Positions 57,777 to 64,000 of a stretch of DNA of 64,000 nucleotides are shown here, in pieces. Source of the stretch: a virus (Duplodnaviria; Heunggongvirae; Uroviricota; Caudoviricetes). Below the pieces are notes generated by a model. That model did no database searches. It worked only from the letters and a program-made list of their open reading frames with translations, and was not told the DNA's origin. The translations under genes were made by a program, and so were the position numbers. Where the stretch lies: IMG/VR virus record IMGVR_UViG_3300028840_001821. One strand, given 5' to 3'. Each line of letters starts with the position of its first letter. Positions within the stretch are counted from its first letter, which is position 1.

Positions 57777-58606
57777 TGAGACAGTACTTAGACCTACTGG
57801 AAGATATCGTCAAGAATGGCGTGGATAAGGGAGATCGCACGGGCACTGGCACGCGAAGTGTATTCGGGCGTCAGCTTCGCTTCGATCTTGCGGAAGGCTT
57901 CCCCCTCTTAACCACAAAGAAGCTACACCTGAAGAGCATCATCTACGAGTTGCTGTGGTTCCTGCGCGGCGACACTAATGTCAAGTATCTGAACGACAAT
58001 GGCGTCAAGATCTGGAACGAATGGGCTGATGAGCACGGCGAGCTGGGTCCCGTCTACGGCGCTCAGTGGAGATCGTGGGAGAACCGGCGACTGAAGGACA
58101 ACGCCCGCGAGTACTTTGACCAGATTGAGACCGTAATCCACCAGATCAAGAACAACCCGAACGACCGACGTATGATTGTGAGCGCATGGAATGTCGCTCA
58201 GATTGAGCACATGGCGCTGCCTCCATGCCACTGCCTCTTTCAATTCTACGTCGCCGACGGCAAGTTGTCCTGCCAACTGTATCAGCGTAGCTGTGACGTC
58301 TTCCTGGGGGTTCCCTTCAACATCGCGTCCTACGCGCTGCTGACTATGATGGTTGCCCACGTGACGGGGCTGGAATACGGCGAGTTTATTCACACATTCG
58401 GTGACGTTCACATCTACAAGAACCACTTCGAGCAGGTCATGACTCAGCTTAACCGCGAGCCAAAACCTCTCCCGCACATGCACATCGGTCGTCAGGTGGG
58501 GCATGAGAACAGAAGGATTGAGTCGATTGACGATTTTAGGTTTGACGACTTTACCCTGTCAGGCTACGACCCTCATCCACACATCAAAGCCCCGGTGGCG
58601 GTGTAA
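57776..58606 (+). CDS. thyA: Thymidylate synthase
   Basis: DRTGTGT; FPLLTTKK; LGPVYG.QWR; ALPPCH; [17 protein letters not shown]. Confidence 0.98.
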   Translation: MRQYLDLLEDIVKNGVDKGDRTGTGTRSVFGRQLRFDLAEGFPLLTTKKLHLKSIIYELLWFLRGDTNVKYLNDNGVKIWNEWADEHGELGPVYGAQWRSWENRRLKDNAREYFDQIETVIHQIKNNPNDRRMIVSAWNVAQIEHMALPPCHCLFQFYVADGKLSCQLYQRSCDVFLGVPFNIASYALLTMMVAHVTGLEYGEFIHTFGDVHIYKNHFEQVMTQLNREPKPLPHMHIGRQVGHENRRIESIDDFRFDDFTLSGYDPHPHIKAPVAV

Positions 58607-58607
58607 C

Positions 58608-59651
58608 ATGCTAACATATCTTATGGGAATGTCCCGCGCAGGTAAGACCACCTACAGTATGCGTTGCACCCAGGGCGGTGGACCGAGCTACTTGTCATTT
58701 GATAAGCTGTGGGACTATAGCCGAACAGCGGACGATCAGTGGGAGGAGTTTGCTACCAAGATTCAGCAAGCCCTGGATGAACATGGCGACGTGATCATTG
58801 ATGGCATGATGTACTTGGTGGTGGAACGACTGCACGAACGCTTCCCCGGGACTCAGCCGGTGTTTGCATACACCAAGTTCGATATCATCAAGTCTCGCAT
58901 CAGCCCGGCGAATATATATGGCTGCTCTCATGAGGGTCAATGCAATAGCATGGTAACATTCTACCAGACTCTTGCTGATCACAACCCATACTTCATGGTC
59001 GGCGGTGACGCAGGCGCCTTTACCACTATGAGCCCTCATGCGTTCTTTACATACCTGGGCGATCCCTGGAAAACTGAGATGGAGCAGTGGTTGGTAGACC
59101 GAGTGGATACACTCAACTGTGATGTGAAGTATTCGCCGGTCAAGGTCGGGGATGTCGAGAGACCAGGATACGAGCGTGCTATACTCACTCTAAGCCGAAT
59201 CAAGGGCTTGGTAGATTGGACTGGAGCCAACGTCTTGGAGTATGGACCTCACATGGCTTATGCTGCCCTTCATCACTACGCCCGCTTTGCAAAGCACGTG
59301 GAGTTGGTCGAGCAAAGCCAGGATGCATGTAAGGGTATCCGATGGATGGCAAACTACATGGGGTTGTCTAATATCTCCGTGAAGGCGGGAGACATTATGA
59401 GCTATCAGACCTCGGAGAAGCCGGACATCGTACTCTGTTTGAATATGTTCTACGGGCTGAGTGACAAGCGAGATGCGGCTCTAAGGTTGTGGGAGAGGGA
59501 CCCCTCCCACGTCATCGTCGAGACAAACGAGCAGGACTTTCTATACCTCGACGCAGTAGCCACGAGTAGGGGATACACGAAAGCCACATACCCCGGTCGC
59601 ACTAATTGTAGTGGGCATAATAGGTTGATCGTTCATTATACAAGATCGTAG
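58608..59651 (+). CDS. Fusion: N-terminal P-loop kinase plus C-terminal class I methyltransferase-like domain
   Basis: LMGMSRAGKTT...VIIDG; then VLEYGP...VELVE...DIVLCLNMF. Confidence 0.6.
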   Translation: MLTYLMGMSRAGKTTYSMRCTQGGGPSYLSFDKLWDYSRTADDQWEEFATKIQQALDEHGDVIIDGMMYLVVERLHERFPGTQPVFAYTKFDIIKSRISPANIYGCSHEGQCNSMVTFYQTLADHNPYFMVGGDAGAFTTMSPHAFFTYLGDPWKTEMEQWLVDRVDTLNCDVKYSPVKVGDVERPGYERAILTLSRIKGLVDWTGANVLEYGPHMAYAALHHYARFAKHVELVEQSQDACKGIRWMANYMGLSNISVKAGDIMSYQTSEKPDIVLCLNMFYGLSDKRDAALRLWERDPSHVIVETNEQDFLYLDAVATSRGYTKATYPGRTNCSGHNRLIVHYTRS

Positions 59652-59655
59652 ATGG

Positions 59656-59691
59656 GTCACAACGTCGTTGTGACATGGCGTGTTTGTTTTT
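59656..59691 (+). terminator. Possible terminator/hairpin
   Basis: GTCACAAC-gtc-GTTGTGAC perfect 8-bp stem; T-rich tract begins about 8 nt downstream. Confidence 0.45.
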
Positions 59692-59709
59692 AATCGCAGG
59701 GAGGGAATT

Positions 59710-60207
59710 ATGGCTCTTACTAAGGTCCCGCTGATGGCGGAACTCGTGGGTGATGGTGCGACTAGTCCTACTCAGAAGTTGGACGACGTAAAGGGCGGCG
59801 TCGGTTCCGTTGAGGAGCCGGGCTTTGTTGAGTACGTGGCGACCAGGACGGTCTTGGTCAAGCGTCTCGTTCTTTCTAACCACGACCACGCGGCAGCGTT
59901 CAGTATGAATGGCTTCGCGGGTATTTCTCTCACTAACGGCTTTAAGATCGTTAAGATCACAGCCGGGGGCGAGGCGTCGCTTATTGGAGAGACAACTCTC
60001 CGCAACTACAGCGACTTCGTGGAGAAGGGCTTCCAAATCGAGCGCGACGTGTCCGATGCTGACTGGTTTCAGTTGGTGCTGGACTTCCAGGAGGCTTGTG
60101 GCACGTATATCAAATTACGTGCAGGAGAAAAGATCAGGATCTATAATCAAGACGATATCAGTAGCGTGAGCCACGTCGCATTCTCACTTCTAGGTTTCGT
60201 AGGCTAA
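59710..60207 (+). CDS. Hypothetical protein (possibly virion-associated)
   Basis: GGAGGG RBS; flanked by hairpins; beta-rich composition. Confidence 0.55.
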   Translation: MALTKVPLMAELVGDGATSPTQKLDDVKGGVGSVEEPGFVEYVATRTVLVKRLVLSNHDHAAAFSMNGFAGISLTNGFKIVKITAGGEASLIGETTLRNYSDFVEKGFQIERDVSDADWFQLVLDFQEACGTYIKLRAGEKIRIYNQDDISSVSHVAFSLLGFVG

Positions 60208-60212
60208 AGGAC

Positions 60213-60235
60213 GCCGGGGCATCCGCCCCGGCTTT
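60213..60235 (+). terminator. GC-rich hairpin, likely terminator
   Basis: GCCGGGGC-atcc-GCCCCGGC followed by TTT (short U tract). Confidence 0.6.
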
Positions 60236-60246
60236 GGAGACTGATC

Positions 60247-61284
60247 ATGAAGAAGGCGCTAGTAACAGGAATCACAGGGCAGGATGGAAGCTATCTCGCC
60301 GAGGAGCTACTCATCAAAGGGTATGAGGTTCACGGCTTGGTTCGTCGCGTGTCTGTGCCGAATACACGGAACCTATGGATGCTTCAGAATGGTGTGACGT
60401 TCGTAGAGGGAGACTTAGAAGACGGCACCAAGATCTCTGGCATTGTCAAGGACGGACAGTATGACGAGATCTATAACCTGGGCGCAATGAGTTTCGTCAA
60501 ATACAGCTTTGAAAATCCCATCCAGACTCATCTAACCAACTGTATCGGCGTGATCAATCTCGTTCAAGCTATCCGCCGCTTCTCTCCACACTCTCGGTTC
60601 TATCAGGCATCGACGAGCGAGATGTATGGCGGCGTGGCGTGTCCCCAGGGCGGCTATACTGAGGAGAGTGTCTTTCATCCGCGCTCACCCTATGGTGAGG
60701 CGAAGCTGGCGGCGTACTGGCACGTACGCAATGCCCGGGATGGCTATGGACTGCACGCGAGCAACGGCATCCTCTTCAACCACGAGAGCCCCAGGCGCGG
60801 CATCGAGTTCGTGACACAGAAGGTCGCTACTGCGGCGGCGAAGTACGGCGCATGGCTGGGGAAGTCTCCGGCGAACCGGCTAAATTCACCGACCCTCAAG
60901 GTGGGTAATATGGACGCCAAGCGTGATTGGGGCGACGCCCGCGATTACGTGAAGGGTATGTGGTTGATGCTCCAGCAGGATCAGCCGGATGATTACGTTC
61001 TCGCTACTGGCAAGACACACAGTGTCCGCGAGATGATTGAGATTTGCTATCGGTATGTTGGCGTGGACCTTCGCTGGGTTGGCGAGGGTGCGAGTGAGAT
61101 AGGGTGTGATGAGGACGACAACGTTGTTGTTCAAATCAACCCCGAGTTCTATCGTCCGACTGAGGTTGATTGTCTCATTGGTAACGCCGGGAAGGCGAAG
61201 AAGGTTCTTGGATGGGAACCGGAATGGACCTTCGAGGATATGATGATCGCTATGGTAGACAACGCACAGCATAACCCGAGCTAG
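60247..61284 (+). CDS. gmd: GDP-mannose 4,6-dehydratase
   Basis: ALVTGITGQDGSYLAE.LL.KGYEVHG; FYQASTSEMYG; SPYG.AK; NHESPRRG; KRDWG.A.DYV; FYRPTEVD. Confidence 0.97.
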   Translation: MKKALVTGITGQDGSYLAEELLIKGYEVHGLVRRVSVPNTRNLWMLQNGVTFVEGDLEDGTKISGIVKDGQYDEIYNLGAMSFVKYSFENPIQTHLTNCIGVINLVQAIRRFSPHSRFYQASTSEMYGGVACPQGGYTEESVFHPRSPYGEAKLAAYWHVRNARDGYGLHASNGILFNHESPRRGIEFVTQKVATAAAKYGAWLGKSPANRLNSPTLKVGNMDAKRDWGDARDYVKGMWLMLQQDQPDDYVLATGKTHSVREMIEICYRYVGVDLRWVGEGASEIGCDEDDNVVVQINPEFYRPTEVDCLIGNAGKAKKVLGWEPEWTFEDMMIAMVDNAQHNPS

Positions 61285-61805
61285 TTATAGGTAATCTCCA
61301 GGTCATACTTACGCAGCCATCTCTTAATGGTTGTCTCTGAACAGCCACAGATGGCTGCCATGTCTTTAATGCGCAGTTGGTCTGCCACCTGTCGCACCAA
61401 CCATTCTCTCTTCCTATACTGATATGTTCTATTCAGTATATGAACGTGTCTCTTAAGCCAGACGTTGGCTTCATAGAAATTCTCTCCCGTGAGTTCATGC
61501 TCAAGGGTGTTGAATTTCTCGTTGTGCTGCCAGCAGCCGGGCAGTGTGTGGATGAGTTCATGCGCTACTAGGTAATGTAGCACGGAGGGTGGGGCGTCGA
61601 GCAGCTTCACGGAGGCGTTAATCCGAATCTTCCATGCAGTCTCGGAGCCATCCATTCCGCAATCTGCCCACGCGTCATCCCCAAGTTGTACAGATGAGAA
61701 CACTAGCGTAATATCGTAGTCCCGAACATCGTCAAACATCTCGTGCTTGATGATCTGCTTATACAAAGCCTTGAGTTTCGGATGACTACGGCGCTTGCGA
61801 CTCAT
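61281..61805 (-). CDS. SprT/YgjP-like zinc metalloprotease with C-terminal HTH
   Basis: YLVAHELIH...H...F; C-terminal IKDMAAICGCSETTIKRWLRKY helix-turn-helix. Confidence 0.7.
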   Translation of the reverse strand: MSRKRRSHPKLKALYKQIIKHEMFDDVRDYDITLVFSSVQLGDDAWADCGMDGSETAWKIRINASVKLLDAPPSVLHYLVAHELIHTLPGCWQHNEKFNTLEHELTGENFYEANVWLKRHVHILNRTYQYRKREWLVRQVADQLRIKDMAAICGCSETTIKRWLRKYDLEITYN

Positions 61806-61820
61806 TCAATACCCCTTCGT

Positions 61821-62009
61821 TTACTCGTCTTCGTCGGTCTTTTCGGACCCTTCCTCCTCGGACTCTTCCTTCTCTAGCGCCTCGTCTAAAGCCTGGATGC
61901 TTTCGCGTAGGCGTTCAGCAGACTTGCCGTTCAGCCTCTTCACTTTCTTGGATAGTGAGGCGCAAGGCTCGTTGCTGATTTTCATCTTCTTACTAAACAT
62001 TCTTTCCAC
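61821..62009 (-). CDS. Small acidic-tailed hypothetical protein
   Basis: 62 aa, overlaps the upstream gene; start uncertain. Confidence 0.45.
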   Translation of the reverse strand: MERMFSKKMKISNEPCASLSKKVKRLNGKSAERLRESIQALDEALEKEESEEEGSEKTDEDE

Positions 62010-62289
62010 TAGTCCTCTTCTTAATCAGGAAGTCGTGAAGACGCTCGATAGTATGAGCCAACATATGGTTACTATCTGATGCTGCCGTCAATGCTTCTGA
62101 TGTAAGGCGTACTTCTTCTGCGCGTCGTTCATTAACGTCCTTTAGTTGGCGGTTGAACGATTTTGCCATCGTGGTGCTATCGCGTCTTTCCTTAATCCAC
62201 AAGACTAATAGGATGACGCACATAGCCCCCAGAACACCTTGTTCGAGCAGGATACCTAGTGCTCGCTCCCAAAGTGCTGGGTCGCTCAT
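61993..62289 (-). CDS. Single-TM holin-like protein
   Basis: LEQGVLGAMCVILLVLW TM helix followed by a coiled-coil; resembles BhlA/UviB-type holins. Start at 62289 or 62304 (AGGAG upstream of 62304). Confidence 0.45.
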   Translation of the reverse strand: MSDPALWERALGILLEQGVLGAMCVILLVLWIKERRDSTTMAKSFNRQLKDVNERRAEEVRLTSEALTAASDSNHMLAHTIERLHDFLIKKRTSGKNV

Positions 62290-62373
62290 CTGTAGTAAAA
62301 GCATCGTTTCTCCTAAACCCGAATCATCGGTTTACCTAGACGGGTTCCATCTGACTTCAATCATTATAGTCCC

Positions 62374-63024
62374 TTATGCCGATGCGGCTTGTTTAATTTG
62401 TGCGGGTGTAAACGGCGCCCGGGTTCTGTTGACGGCGGTATAAGAATTGACATCGCGCATACTACTCACTTCTGGGGCGGGCAGTAGGGTGTCATATGGG
62501 ATAGCCCACCTACGACGCCTCTTTCTTGTTAGGGGTGCGAATGGATGGGCATTAGTATCAATTTGATCTAGTGAGATATCCTCAGCGAAACCCGGCGGTA
62601 GATCAACTGTGATAACACCAAACTGTTTTAGCTCCTGCACGCTCCAGTTTGTATCATAACCGTGCGCCAGTATCCTCGCCCTTTCCTGTGTCGCCCTTGC
62701 CATATGCCTAGCTGCCGTGGCTTCCATTTGAGCCTTGGTCTCCGGCGTGCCGTTCGTGTATCTGTCACCGAAACGAATAGTGGCAGCACCAGATGGAGTA
62801 GTGCCCCCTGCGGTAAGATACTTGATCTGCAAAATGCGACGCCTATGCAGATCTTGTTCATTTTCTGGTAACTCTGTGAAGCCAGGCGGAGTAACACTGT
62901 TCTGAATCCAGTTCACTATTTGTGCCGGAGTCATGTGCAGACCGGAGCCAGCCACATGGATAGGCATACCATCCTTATATTCAGGACCGTCGCCAATCAT
63001 CATTAAAACCTCTGCAACAACCAT
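62374..63024 (-). CDS. Hypothetical protein, 216 aa
   Basis: GGAGAGG RBS; no recognised motif. Confidence 0.55.
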   Translation of the reverse strand: MVVAEVLMMIGDGPEYKDGMPIHVAGSGLHMTPAQIVNWIQNSVTPPGFTELPENEQDLHRRRILQIKYLTAGGTTPSGAATIRFGDRYTNGTPETKAQMEATAARHMARATQERARILAHGYDTNWSVQELKQFGVITVDLPPGFAEDISLDQIDTNAHPFAPLTRKRRRRWAIPYDTLLPAPEVSSMRDVNSYTAVNRTRAPFTPAQIKQAASA

Positions 63025-63035
63025 GAATCCCTCTC

Positions 63036-63995
63036 CTATGTTCTATTGAAAGCGGCGTTTCCGACGTTGATGTCTGTACTGCCGATTCTAATCATGCCCC
63101 ATCCAACCACGATATGGTCTGGTTCGACGGCGGGTTCTTCGATATATTCGTAAGCACCAATGTCCCATCCAGAGTCTTGTGGTCTGTAGGTGTCGGCGAT
63201 ATCATGAGTAAACACGCCCAGCGTGATGCCGTTGTTTAGCGCATTTCCTTTAGGCGTAAAGTCATCGCCGTCTGGGTCGGTGAGTATATCTAGTGCGCTT
63301 TCATTACCGTACGAGTTTGCATGAGCAGCAACAGAGTTGTCCGACGCTACGTTGTTTGATTTCTGAGCCTGTGTTACTTCAAAACATAAAGTAGATACGC
63401 CGCTGGGGTCGATCGCGATATTATTGCGCGCCTCCCCATAGATAAGAGCAATACCGTAATCTTTGAACTTATACACGGTGCAGTTGTAAATATTCCACTC
63501 GCCGGCATCAGCCTTATTAATACCCAGAGAGCCACCGACAACAATACAATTATATATCATACCCGACGTGTGAGTAAGAGACAGGCAGTCGAAGACGCTG
63601 TCTTCATCTGTCTTAAAGTAAGAGTCTACAAGTAGTAGGTCGGTTGGTGTTGGATCAAACGCCGTTAGTAGACAATACTTATTACCCGTAGTCTCAACGC
63701 GTATACCGCTAACCTGAGTAAATGATTCTTCAAGGGTTAGTGGTAGATCGGCGGTAATGATTCTCACGCCAGTATTTGTAAGCGGACTGTACTTTTCCCC
63801 GTCAGCGGCAACCAACTGTCTATGATTAGCCGCGCTGGGCGAGCCCAAGCCAGTAATAGTGAGGCTCTCGTCATAGATTTTATCATCATAGACTTCGCCC
63901 CTCTGGATATTACCAGATGATTCGGTCGCAGCCTCCCACGCCGCAATGGACGTAAAGTCGCGTCCAATTCCGATACTCTGTACAGTCAACGTCAT
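63036..63995 (-). CDS. Putative virion protein with right-handed beta-helix-like repeats
   Basis: IYNC...IYNCTV...NNIA...NNVAS; C-terminal RPQ...WDIGAYEY motif typical of pectin-lyase-fold fibre or decoration proteins. May start beyond the window. Confidence 0.55.
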   Translation of the reverse strand: MTLTVQSIGIGRDFTSIAAWEAATESSGNIQRGEVYDDKIYDESLTITGLGSPSAANHRQLVAADGEKYSPLTNTGVRIITADLPLTLEESFTQVSGIRVETTGNKYCLLTAFDPTPTDLLLVDSYFKTDEDSVFDCLSLTHTSGMIYNCIVVGGSLGINKADAGEWNIYNCTVYKFKDYGIALIYGEARNNIAIDPSGVSTLCFEVTQAQKSNNVASDNSVAAHANSYGNESALDILTDPDGDDFTPKGNALNNGITLGVFTHDIADTYRPQDSGWDIGAYEYIEEPAVEPDHIVVGWGMIRIGSTDINVGNAAFNRT

Positions 63996-64000
63996 CGGAC

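Noticed and set aside
57776-58606. dCMP/dUMP hydroxymethylase supplying hmC/hmU for DNA glycosylation
   Set aside because: The sequence is canonical ThyA with the dUMP-specifying Asn (PFNIASY), and a dUTPase is present. No hydroxymethylase is seen in this window, although one could lie outside it.
1-64000. Stop-codon reassignment
   Set aside because: The standard code gives full-length, tightly packed genes ending in TAA, TGA and TAG; conserved enzymes are not fragmented.
1-64000. tRNA, rRNA or tmRNA genes
   Set aside because: Intergenic gaps are mostly under 70 nt and none showed a cloverleaf or T-loop motif by eye; tRNAscan-SE would confirm.

Overview
This window looks like part of a large dsDNA tailed-phage genome (inference: dense co-oriented genes, phage-type small ORFs, two free-standing HNH endonucleases, no rRNA or ribosomal genes; capsid and terminase are not in the window). 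GC is roughly mid-50s% by eye. Layout: (i) 1-6.1 kb putative virion structural genes rich in Ser-Gly; (ii) 6.7-18.4 kb a bacterial-type replication/recombination module (RecA, DnaB, DnaG, Cas4-like nuclease, DnaE, SSB, plus an NDT-like protein and a dNMP kinase); (iii) 19-46.3 kb an approximately 27 kb glycan-biosynthesis island with about a dozen glycosyltransferase-like genes including duplicated paralogues, nucleotide-sugar enzymes, methyltransferases, HAD phosphatases and a sulfotransferase, but no recognisable flippase, polymerase or lipid-carrier initiating enzyme; (iv) 47-61.3 kb nucleotide metabolism (dUTPase, class II RNR, IMPDH/GMPR, ThyA, DEDDh exonuclease) with further glycan genes (GT2, methyltransferases, Gmd); (v) 61.3-64 kb a convergent minus-strand block (SprT-like protease, holin-like protein, putative virion proteins). 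The best candidate for an undescribed system is a phage-encoded cytoplasmic glycosylation machine, probably making 3,6-dideoxy, methylated or sulfated sugars, with Ser-Gly-rich virion proteins as candidate acceptors. Non-coding signals are a three-copy promoter-like motif GAAA-N16-GCCATAAT-N3-TATRG and apparent strong avoidance of GGCC and several 6-bp palindromes. All family calls come from motif recognition by eye, not database searches.
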